DNA from: an uncultured Rhodobacteraceae bacterium
GTDB lineage: Bacteria > Pseudomonadota > Alphaproteobacteria > Rhodobacterales > Rhodobacteraceae
Length of the DNA stretch: 58,619 nucleotides
Direction: 5' to 3'
NCBI GenBank assembly: GCA_937952085.1
Contig: CALFYQ010000101.1
Location: 1 to 58,619, forward strand
The first letter of the stretch is position 1, and every line of letters starts with the position of its first letter. Under the pieces are notes generated by a model that made no database searches, was not told the origin of the DNA, and saw only the letters and a program-made list of their open reading frames with translations. Below, piece after piece: positions 26,857-35,166 of the stretch. The translations under genes were made by a program, and so were the position numbers.

Positions 26857-29163
26857 ATGCTGCATTTCCTGAAGGATCTCGAGATCGCGCGGCCCGTCAT
26901 CGCGGCGATCTGCGTCGAGAAACTCTCCCGCCGCGCCTTCCTCGGCGGTTCGGCCTTCGCCATCGGCGCCTTCGCGGCGGCGCGGGCGGACGCCTTCCCC
27001 CGCTGGCCGACCGGCGGCGAGGCGATGCCGCACGGGCTGGTGGACGACCCGCTCGTTTTCGTCTCCATCGCGCCCGACGGCACGGTGACGCTGGTCGCCC
27101 ACCGTTCGGAGATGGGCACGGGCTCGCGCACCTCGCTGCCGATGGTGATGGCGGACGAGATGGAGGCCGACTGGTCCCGCGTGAAGATCGTCCAGGCCGA
27201 GGGCGACGAGGAGAAATACGGCAATCAGGACACCGACGGCTCCCGCTCGCTCCGCCATCACATTCAGACGGCCCGCCGGATCGGCGGCGCCGTTCGCCAC
27301 ATGATCCGCGAGGCTGCGGCGAAGGAATGGGGCGTGCCGTCCTCAGAGGTGAAGGTCGAGATGCACGCCGCGCATCATGGCGGCAAGTCGCTCGGCTTCG
27401 GCGACCTCGCGGCGAAGGCGATGGCCGAGCCGGTGCCGGCGCATGACGACGTGGCCTACAAGACCGAGGCGGAATTCCGCTATATCGGCAAGGGCCAGGT
27501 GCAGATCACCGATCTGCGCGACATCACCACGGGCCACGCGGTCTATGGCGCCGACGTCTCCCTGCCGGGAATGAAATACGCCGTCATTGCGCGGCCCCCG
27601 GTGGTCGGCGGCAAGGTGAAGTCGCTCGACAAGACGGCGGCGATGGCGATCCCCGGCGTCGAGAGCGTGCATGAACTCGCCGGCTCGATCCCGCCGGCGA
27701 AGTTCGCGCCGCTCGGCGGCGTCGCGGTCGTCGCCTCCAACACCTGGGCCGCGATCCAGGGGCGGGACGCGCTCGTCATCGAATGGGAGGACGGCCCGCA
27801 TGCCGGATACGACTCGGCCGCCTTCATGGCCGAGATGAAGGCGACGGCGGAGCAGCCGGGCGCGGTGCTGCGCAAGCAGGGAGACCCGGAGGCCGCCTTC
27901 GCCGGGGCCGCCAAGGTCTTCTCCCAGACCTACACGCAGGACCACATGGCCCATATCCCGATGGAGCCGCCGGTCGCCCTCGCCAGCGTGACGGCGGCGG
28001 GCTGCGAGATCTGGGCGCCGGTCCAGTCGCCGATGGCGACGCGGACGGACTGCGCCGAGGCGCTCGGGCTCGACCCGTCGAAGGTGAAGGTGAACGTCAC
28101 GCTGCTCGGCGGCGGCTTCGGCCGGAAGTCGAAGGCGGACTTCGCGGCCGAGGCGGCGCTTCTCTCGAAGGCCGTCGGCGCGCCGGTGCGGGTGCAGTGG
28201 ACGCGGGAGGACGACGTTCGCCACTCCTTCTACCACACCACCTCGGCGGAGCGGATCTCGGTCGCCCTCGACGCCTCGAACAAGGTCGTCGGCTGGCGGC
28301 ACAATTCCGTCGCGCCGTCGATCCTCTCGACCTTCGCGCCGGATAGCGGCCACCAGTTCTTCATCGAGACCGGGATGGGCCATGTCGACATGCCCTTCGA
28401 CATCCCGAACGTGCTCGCGGAGAACGGCGCCGCGATGGCGCATACGAGGATCGGCTGGTTCCGCGCGGTGTCGAACATCCCGCGGGCCTGGGCGATCGGC
28501 TCCTTCGTCTCCGAACTGGCGGCGGAACTCGGCAAGGACGAGCGGGCGATGTGGCTGGAGCTGATCGGCGCCGGCCGCACGGTCGACCCGAAGGCGGAAG
28601 GCTATCCGGACGACTTCTGGGACTATGGCGAGCCCTATGCCGAGTTCCCGATCGAGACCGGGCGGCTCGCCCATGTCCTCAACGTCGCCGCGGACGGGAT
28701 AGGCTATGGCAAGACGCTGCCGGCGGGGGAAGGGATCGGCCTCGCCGTCCACCGCTCCTTCGTCTCCTACGTCGCCTGCGCGGCGCGGGTGAAGGTGGTG
28801 GACGGCCGGATCACCGTGCCCGAGATGCACATGGCCATCGATTGCGGCTTCGCGGCCAACCCGGAGCGGATCGAGAGCCAGATGCAGGGCGCCGCGGTCA
28901 TGGGCATGACGGTGGCGATGCACTCCTCGATCACCTTCGAGAAGGGCCGCGTCGTCCAGTCCAACTTCACCGACTATGACGTGGTGCGGGCGGACAACTT
29001 CCCAATGAACGTGGTCACCCACATCGTCCCGCACCCGTTCTCGGTCCATTCGACCGGGGTGGGCGAACCGGGCGTGCCGCCGGTCTCGCCGGCCATCGCC
29101 AACGCGCTCTTCCATGCCACGGGCCAGCGCCGGCGGTCCCTGCCGTTCGGCATGGACGCCTGA
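26857..29163 (+). CDS. IorB-like molybdopterin-binding subunit with Tat motif
   Basis: SRRAFLG, SEMGTG, LLGGGFGRK, GWFRAV, GVGEPG. Confidence 0.93.
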   Translation: MLHFLKDLEIARPVIAAICVEKLSRRAFLGGSAFAIGAFAAARADAFPRWPTGGEAMPHGLVDDPLVFVSIAPDGTVTLVAHRSEMGTGSRTSLPMVMADEMEADWSRVKIVQAEGDEEKYGNQDTDGSRSLRHHIQTARRIGGAVRHMIREAAAKEWGVPSSEVKVEMHAAHHGGKSLGFGDLAAKAMAEPVPAHDDVAYKTEAEFRYIGKGQVQITDLRDITTGHAVYGADVSLPGMKYAVIARPPVVGGKVKSLDKTAAMAIPGVESVHELAGSIPPAKFAPLGGVAVVASNTWAAIQGRDALVIEWEDGPHAGYDSAAFMAEMKATAEQPGAVLRKQGDPEAAFAGAAKVFSQTYTQDHMAHIPMEPPVALASVTAAGCEIWAPVQSPMATRTDCAEALGLDPSKVKVNVTLLGGGFGRKSKADFAAEAALLSKAVGAPVRVQWTREDDVRHSFYHTTSAERISVALDASNKVVGWRHNSVAPSILSTFAPDSGHQFFIETGMGHVDMPFDIPNVLAENGAAMAHTRIGWFRAVSNIPRAWAIGSFVSELAAELGKDERAMWLELIGAGRTVDPKAEGYPDDFWDYGEPYAEFPIETGRLAHVLNVAADGIGYGKTLPAGEGIGLAVHRSFVSYVACAARVKVVDGRITVPEMHMAIDCGFAANPERIESQMQGAAVMGMTVAMHSSITFEKGRVVQSNFTDYDVVRADNFPMNVVTHIVPHPFSVHSTGVGEPGVPPVSPAIANALFHATGQRRRSLPFGMDA

Positions 29164-29171
29164 CGAAAACG

Positions 29172-29197
29172 CGCGCGGCGCGAATTCGCGCCGCGCG
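29172..29197. terminator. Perfect 26-bp palindrome after the iorB stop; probable terminator or stabilising hairpin
   Basis: CGCGCGGCGCGAATTCGCGCCGCGCG is self-complementary; no clear U-tract. Confidence 0.5.
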
Positions 29198-29334
29198 TTC
29201 TCCCGCCGGGAGAGCATTTTCGGTTCCGTCCCCGGAAAAACCCCGTCATCATCCCGTCATGCTCCGCCAGCCAGTCGCCGGACGGGGCGTACGACGCGCC
29301 GCCCGGCGCGCCGATGACAGAGGAGGGGAACTCC

Positions 29335-29772
29335 ATGCCGACGAGACTTGTCGCCGGAATTGACGGCGCGGAAGCCGGCGAGCGCGCGCTCGCGCATGCC
29401 GGCAAGCTCGCAAAGCTGATCGGGGATTGCGAGGTTCTGGTCTGCTACGTGATCGAATGGTCGCCCTACACGTTCCACACCGCCGAGGAGAACGCCGAGC
29501 GCCACGGGCGCCGGGAGGCGGAAATCGCCGCCGCGAAAGCGCGGATCGTCGAGCCCGCGGTGAAGCGGCTTGCGGGCGCAGGGCTCGCGGCCCGCGGCGT
29601 GGTGCGCCATGGCGACGTGGCGGAGCAGCTCGACGCCATCGCGAAGGACGAAGGGGCGGAGCAGATCATCGTCGCCCGTTCCTCCGAGAGCGGGCTCGCC
29701 AGCCGGGTGTTCGGCTCGCGCACCGCCAAGCTCGTGATGAGCGCGGCCGTTCCTGTCACCGTCGTCGCCTGA
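29335..29772 (+). CDS. Universal stress protein
   Basis: LVAGIDG, HGDVAEQL, FGSRTAKLV..AAVPVTVV. Confidence 0.92.
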   Translation: MPTRLVAGIDGAEAGERALAHAGKLAKLIGDCEVLVCYVIEWSPYTFHTAEENAERHGRREAEIAAAKARIVEPAVKRLAGAGLAARGVVRHGDVAEQLDAIAKDEGAEQIIVARSSESGLASRVFGSRTAKLVMSAAVPVTVVA

Positions 29773-29782
29773 GGAGGCTCCC

Positions 29783-31321
29783 ATGAGGAAGATCATTCCG
29801 GGCGCCCTGGCGGCGCTCTTCGCCGGCCCCGCGCTCGCGCAGGAGGAGGGCGGCCTCGACGCCGCCGTGAACGAGGCCTTCGCCTCGATCACCGGCCCCT
29901 TCGTCGATTTCATCTTCGCGCCGCTCCCCGGCACGAATTTCGCTTGGATCGTGCTCTGGCTCGTCGTCGCGGCCTCGGTCTTCACGCTCTATTTCGGCTT
30001 CATCCAGTTCCGCGCCTTCGGCCACGCCATCTCCTTGGTGAAGGGCGATTATTCGGACCCGAAGGACGCCGGCGAGGTCTCCCACTTCCAGGCCCTCGCC
30101 ACCGCGCTTTCGGGCACGGTCGGCCTCGGCAACATCGCGGGCGTCGCGGTCGCGGTCGGCATCGGCGGGCCGGGCGCGACCTTCTGGATGATCGCGGCGG
30201 GCCTTCTCGGCATGGCCTCGAAATTCACCGAATGCACGCTCGGCGTGAAATACCGGAACGAATACCCGGACGGCACCGTCTCCGGCGGCCCGATGTACTA
30301 CATATCCAAGGGCTTCCGTGAGCGGGGGCTGCCCGGCGGGTCGATCCTGGCCGTGCTTTTCTCGATCTTCTGCATCCTCGGCGCGCTCGGCGGCGGGAAC
30401 ATGTTCCAGGCCAACCAGGCGCATGCGCAGTTGTCCGGCGTCTTCGGGGATTACCCGGGCTGGATCACCGGCGTCGTCTTCGCCGCCATCGTCTTCATCG
30501 TCATCGTCGGCGGCATCAAGTCGATCGCCAACGTGACGGAGAAGGTCGTGCCCTTCATGGCGGTGCTCTATTGCGGCTGCGCCATCGTCATCATCCTGAT
30601 GAACATCGACAAGATCGGCTGGGCATTCGGGCAGATCATCGACGGCGCCTTCACCGGGCTCGGCGTCGCCGGCGGCCTTGTCGGCGCGCTGATCCAGGGC
30701 TTCCGCCGCGCCGCCTTCTCGAACGAGGCGGGGGTCGGCTCCGCCGCCATCGCCCATTCGGCGGTGCGGACCAAGGAGCCGATCACCGAGGGCTTCGTCT
30801 CCCTGCTCGAGCCCTTCATCGATACAGTGGTCATCTGCACCATGACGGCGCTGGTGATCGTGATCTCGGGCCAGCTCGTTTCCGACCCGGCGACGGGGCT
30901 CTATGTGCTGAACGAGTCGGGCTCGATCCAGACCGTGACGGGCGCTTCCGGCGTCGCGCTCACCTCGGCCGCCTTCTCCACGGCCTTCACCTGGTTCCCC
31001 TATCTCCTGGTGATCGCGGTGGTTCTCTTCGCCTTCTCGACGATGATCTCATGGTCCTACTACGGCCTGAAGTCGTGGACCTATCTCTTCGGCGAGGGGA
31101 AGACGAGCGAGCTCGTGTTCAAGCTGATCTTCTGCGTCTTCGTGGTGATCGGCGCGGCGGCGAGTCTCGGCCCCGTGATCGACTTCTCGGACGCCGCGAT
31201 CTTCGCGATGGCGGTGGTCAACATCATCGCGCTCTACCTCCTGATGCCGGTGGTGAAGCGGGAGATGACCTCCTATCTCGGCCGGCTGCGTTCGGGCGAG
31301 ATCAAGCGGTTCAAGCACTGA
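29783..31321 (+). CDS. Alanine/glycine:cation symporter (AGCS)
   Basis: SHFQALATALSGTVGLGNIAGVA, GGPMYY, FSNEAGVGS. Confidence 0.96.
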   Translation: MRKIIPGALAALFAGPALAQEEGGLDAAVNEAFASITGPFVDFIFAPLPGTNFAWIVLWLVVAASVFTLYFGFIQFRAFGHAISLVKGDYSDPKDAGEVSHFQALATALSGTVGLGNIAGVAVAVGIGGPGATFWMIAAGLLGMASKFTECTLGVKYRNEYPDGTVSGGPMYYISKGFRERGLPGGSILAVLFSIFCILGALGGGNMFQANQAHAQLSGVFGDYPGWITGVVFAAIVFIVIVGGIKSIANVTEKVVPFMAVLYCGCAIVIILMNIDKIGWAFGQIIDGAFTGLGVAGGLVGALIQGFRRAAFSNEAGVGSAAIAHSAVRTKEPITEGFVSLLEPFIDTVVICTMTALVIVISGQLVSDPATGLYVLNESGSIQTVTGASGVALTSAAFSTAFTWFPYLLVIAVVLFAFSTMISWSYYGLKSWTYLFGEGKTSELVFKLIFCVFVVIGAAASLGPVIDFSDAAIFAMAVVNIIALYLLMPVVKREMTSYLGRLRSGEIKRFKH

Positions 31322-31497
31322 ACCCCGGGCGGGCGCCTCGGCGCCCCTCCTGCCGGCCCCAAGGCCGGCGCGAGACGTCAGGCGCGGGCGCTTCGGCGCC
31401 CGTTCCGCCGTCGTCTCAAGCCGCCAGGGTCAAGCCGTCTTGACCGGCGCCCGCGCAGGTCTGCGATCAGCGTCTTCGGCCTGGCCCTAAGGCCGGC

Positions 31498-31677
31498 TTA
31501 CTCGTCCCGGTCTTCCGGATCCGGCGCGAGGGAGAAGTCCGCCCCCACCGGAACGAAGTCGGCCGCGAGGTCGAGCTTGTGCGCGAGACGCATCAGCGAC
31601 GGCGAGTCGCTGGGCATCTGGGCTTGCTGCTGCGGCTGATGAAAGCCCTCACCGGGCTGCGGGTTACGATTGAACAT
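31498..31677 (-). CDS. 59-aa small hypothetical protein (not in ORF track)
   Basis: MFNRNPQPGEGFHQPQQQAQMPSDSPSLMRLAHKLDLAADFVPVGADFSLAPDPEDRDE; AGGAGAG RBS 7 nt upstream; GC3-biased codons. Confidence 0.7.
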   Translation of the reverse strand: MFNRNPQPGEGFHQPQQQAQMPSDSPSLMRLAHKLDLAADFVPVGADFSLAPDPEDRDE

Positions 31678-31716
31678 GGCCCCACTCTCCTAACAGACCG
31701 GAATACGCGTCCCACC

Positions 31717-31742
31717 AACGCGTGGCCCGGCTACAGGGTTCC
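31717..31742 (-). promoter_or_regulatory. EcfG/sigmaT-type general stress promoter
   Basis: Minus strand reads GGAAC-cctgtagccgggccacg(17 nt)-CGTT, 39 nt upstream of the sORF ATG. Confidence 0.7.
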
Positions 31743-31812
31743 AAGGATACGATCATGGCGGATTCGAAACAACAGCTCGATTGTGGTGATTTCGAGTCCG
31801 GATTTTCAGGAT

Positions 31813-31989
31813 TTAGTGCGCTGCGGCGCCGGCCTTGAGCACGAAGCGCCGGTCGCAATAGGGGCATTCGACCCAGCCCTGCTCGCCGACCGAAAGCCAG
31901 ACCCGCGGGTGGCCGAGCGCGCCCTCGCCGCCGTCGCAGGCGACGCGGGTGGTCTCGACCTCTACGGTCTCGGGCGCTTCGGGCGACAT
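31813..31989 (-). CDS. zf-CHCC zinc-finger protein (NDUFS6-like, 58 aa; not in ORF track)
   Basis: RVACDGGEGALGHPRVWL...VECPYCDRRF. Confidence 0.92.
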   Translation of the reverse strand: MSPEAPETVEVETTRVACDGGEGALGHPRVWLSVGEQGWVECPYCDRRFVLKAGAAAH

Positions 31990-32176
31990 TGCGCTGGCTC
32001 CTGCTGCGGCGCGGCATCAATTAGGCGAAGCGGAGGCTGTCCGCAAGCGGGGCGCGACGCGGCGGCCCTCAGGAACCGCGCGAGTTGTGGCGATTTTGTC
32101 GCGCCGCTTGCCGCCGAAGCGCCTGCCATCGTATGCCAGATCGGCGCCTTGAACGAATTCGACCGGGACCCGCGTG

Positions 32177-33586
32177 ATGATTCAACCGGTTATTCTTTGC
32201 GGCGGGTCCGGGACGCGGCTCTGGCCGGCCTCGCGCGCCTCCTATCCGAAACAGTTCTCCTCGCTCCTCGGCCGCGCCAGCCTCTACCAGGCGACGCTGC
32301 GGCGGCTCTCCGGCGAAGGCTATGCGGCGCCGGTCGTTCTCACCGCGGCGGAGTTCCGCTTCCTCGCGGTCGAGCAGGCGGCGGAGATCGGCCTCGCCGA
32401 CGCCACCGTGGTGGTGGAGCCCGGCCGGCGGAACACCGCGCCCGCCATCCTCGTCGCCGCGCTCATGAAGGCGGCGGAGCCGGATACGCTCCTCCTCGTC
32501 GCGCCGTCCGACCATGTGATCGCCGACGAGGTGGCGTTCCACGAGGCGGTCGCGCTCGGGGCCGCGGCGGCGCGGGAGGGGCGGCTCGTCACCTTCGGCG
32601 CGCGGCCGAGCCGGGCCGAAACCGGTTATGGTTATTTAGAGCTCGCCGCTGCGCCGGCGCCGGGGCGGGCCGCCGAGGTCGCCCGCTTCGTCGAGAAGCC
32701 GGATGCGGCGCGGGCGGCGGAGATGGCCGCCTCCGGCCGCCACCTCTGGAACGCCGGCCTTTTCCTCATGCGCGTCGGCGACGCCATCGCCGCCTTCGAG
32801 GCCCATGCGCCCGGCCTCGTCGCGCCCTGCCGGGCGGCGCTCGACGGCGCGAGCTTCGATCTCGGCTTCCAGCGGCTCGGCGACGCCTTCCTCGACGCGG
32901 CGGACATCTCCTTCGACTACGCGGTGATGGAGAAGGCGGGGCGCATCGCCGCCGCGCCGCTCGACGCCGGCTGGTCCGATCTCGGCGCCTGGGACGCGCT
33001 CTGGGAGGCGGCGGAGAAGGACGCATCGGGCGTCGCGACATCGGGCGCCGTCACCGCGATCGACTGCGAGGCCTCGCTCCTCCGCTCGGAGGAGCCGTCG
33101 ATGGCGCTGGTGGGGCTTGGCCTGAAGCGCACCGTCGCGGTGGCGATGCGCGACGCCGTCCTCGTCGCCGACATGGACCGGGCGCAGGAGGTGAAGGGCC
33201 TCGTCGCCGCGCTCCAGACCGCGAAGCTACCGCAGGCGACGGAGTATCCGCGCCACCCCCGGCCCTGGGGCTGGTATGAGACGCTGCTGCTGGCGGACCG
33301 CTTCCAGGTGAAGCGGATCATGGTGAAGCCGGGCGGCGCGCTCTCGCTCCAGTCCCATTTCCACCGCTCGGAGCACTGGATCGTCGTCGCGGGCACGGCG
33401 CGGGTGACGGTGGACGACGAGGTGCGCCTCCTCGGCGAGAACGAGTCGATCTATGTGCCGCTCGGCTCGGTCCATCGGTTGGAGAACCCGGGCAAGCTGC
33501 CGATGTATCTCATCGAGGTGCAGACCGGCGCCTATGTCGGCGAGGACGACATCGTCCGCTATGACGACGCCTATGACCGAAGCTGA
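32177..33586 (+). CDS. manC: Mannose-1-P guanylyltransferase/mannose-6-P isomerase
   Basis: ILCGGSGTRLWPASR..PKQF, EPGRRNTAPA, FVEKP, RPWG, QSHFHRSEHW. Confidence 0.96.
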   Translation: MIQPVILCGGSGTRLWPASRASYPKQFSSLLGRASLYQATLRRLSGEGYAAPVVLTAAEFRFLAVEQAAEIGLADATVVVEPGRRNTAPAILVAALMKAAEPDTLLLVAPSDHVIADEVAFHEAVALGAAAAREGRLVTFGARPSRAETGYGYLELAAAPAPGRAAEVARFVEKPDAARAAEMAASGRHLWNAGLFLMRVGDAIAAFEAHAPGLVAPCRAALDGASFDLGFQRLGDAFLDAADISFDYAVMEKAGRIAAAPLDAGWSDLGAWDALWEAAEKDASGVATSGAVTAIDCEASLLRSEEPSMALVGLGLKRTVAVAMRDAVLVADMDRAQEVKGLVAALQTAKLPQATEYPRHPRPWGWYETLLLADRFQVKRIMVKPGGALSLQSHFHRSEHWIVVAGTARVTVDDEVRLLGENESIYVPLGSVHRLENPGKLPMYLIEVQTGAYVGEDDIVRYDDAYDRS

Positions 33587-35078
33587 CCGGCCCCGCGCCT
33601 CGCTCATCCCGAAAAGCTGGGCCTTCCTCGCCGAGCCAATGATCGCGCCTGGCGGGTTCCGCGAATACGACGCGCGCTGGCGCTATCCGGAGGGGATCAA
33701 CCTCCTCGGGGTCGAGGCGCTCGGCCTCGCGCTGGCGACGCAGGTCTTCGAGGCGGGGCTCGGGCCGGACGTGGTGGTCGGCTGCGACTATCGGGAGTAC
33801 TCCCCCGCGGTGAAGGCGGCGCTGAGCCTCGGCCTCGTCCGCGGCGGGGCGGCGGTGCGGGACATCGGGCCCTGCCTCACCCCCACCGCCTATTTCGCGC
33901 GGGACTGGCTCGGCGTCGGCCCGGTGGCGATGGTGACGGCCTCGCACAACCCGAACGGCTGGACCGGGGTGAAGATGGGCCTCCGCGCGCCTCTGACCCA
34001 CGGGCCGGAGGAGATGGCGCGGCTCCGCGAGATCGCGCTCTCGGGCGGCGGCGTGGAGCGGCCGGGCGGGCGCGTGCGGCGGGAGCCGGGCGCAGCGGCG
34101 GCCTATCTCGACGATCTCGCCGGCGGGTTCCGGCTCTCCCGCCCGCTCAAGGTCGTGGTCGCCTGCGGCAATGGCGGCGCCTCGGCCTTCGCGCCGGAGC
34201 TTCTGCGGCGGATCGGGGCGGAGGTCGTCCCGCTCCTCTGCGAGCCGGACTGGAGCTTCCCGCGCTACAACCCGAACCCCGAGGCGCTGGAGATGCTGCA
34301 CGACATGGCGGACGCCGTGCGCGGGGCGGGGGCCGACCTCGCCCTCGGCTTCGACGGCGACGGGGACCGCTACGGCGTGGTCGACGACCGGGGGCGGGAG
34401 ATCTTCGCCGACAAGATCGGCGTGCTGCTGGCGCGGGATTTCGCGCAGGCCCGGCCGGGCGCGCGGTTCCTCGCCGATGTGAAATCCACCGGCCTCTTCG
34501 CGGTCGATCCGGAACTCGCGGCGGCCGGGGCGGAGACGGAATACTGGAAGACCGGGCACAGCCACATGAAGGCGCGGCTGGCCGAGACCGGGGCGCTCGC
34601 CGGGTTCGAGAAATCCGGCCACCTCTTCCTCGCCCCGCCGCTCGGGCGCGGCTACGACTGCGGCCTTCGCGCCGCGCTGGAGGTGGTGAAGATGCTCGAC
34701 CGGCGGCCGGGCGTCGCGCTTTCCGCGCTGGTCGACGCGCTCCCCGCCGCCTTCTCGACCCCGACGCTTTCGCCCGCCTGCCCGGACGAGGTGAAATACG
34801 AGGCGCTGGCGCGGATCCGGGCCGATCTCGAAGCCCATGCCGCCGCGGGCGGGGCGCTCGGCGGGCGACGGATCGAAGGCGTCTCGACGGTGAACGGCGC
34901 CCGGCTTTCGCTCGAAGGCGGGGATTTCGCGCTGGTCCGCGCCTCCTCCAACACGCCCAACCTCGTCGTCGTCTGCGAGAGCATGGAGAGCGAGGCGCGG
35001 CTTCGCGCGATCTTCGAGGATCTCGACCGGATCATCCGGCGGCAGCCGGAAGTCGGCGCCTACGACCAGACGTTCTGA
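33573..35078 (+). CDS. Phosphomannomutase/phosphoglucomutase
   Basis: FREYDAR, TASHNP, FDGDGDR, FEKSGH, VRASSN. Confidence 0.95.
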   Translation: MTEADRPRASLIPKSWAFLAEPMIAPGGFREYDARWRYPEGINLLGVEALGLALATQVFEAGLGPDVVVGCDYREYSPAVKAALSLGLVRGGAAVRDIGPCLTPTAYFARDWLGVGPVAMVTASHNPNGWTGVKMGLRAPLTHGPEEMARLREIALSGGGVERPGGRVRREPGAAAAYLDDLAGGFRLSRPLKVVVACGNGGASAFAPELLRRIGAEVVPLLCEPDWSFPRYNPNPEALEMLHDMADAVRGAGADLALGFDGDGDRYGVVDDRGREIFADKIGVLLARDFAQARPGARFLADVKSTGLFAVDPELAAAGAETEYWKTGHSHMKARLAETGALAGFEKSGHLFLAPPLGRGYDCGLRAALEVVKMLDRRPGVALSALVDALPAAFSTPTLSPACPDEVKYEALARIRADLEAHAAAGGALGGRRIEGVSTVNGARLSLEGGDFALVRASSNTPNLVVVCESMESEARLRAIFEDLDRIIRRQPEVGAYDQTF

Positions 35079-35166
35079 GCCGGGCCCGGTCGGGATTTCA
35101 CGGTGAAAGGCAGGGCCAAGCTATTGACCCCGCTATCACATATCGAAACCGGAATGCGAAGGCGCG

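Noticed and set aside
29164..29334. Glycine riboswitch ahead of USP/AGCS
   Set aside because: Only an isolated GGAGAG; the GCCGAAG and CTCTCAGG elements are absent
35096..35108. parS-like palindrome TTTCAC-G-GTGAAA
   Set aside because: An extra central base and wrong flanks compared with TGTTTCACGTGAAACA; no parAB nearby
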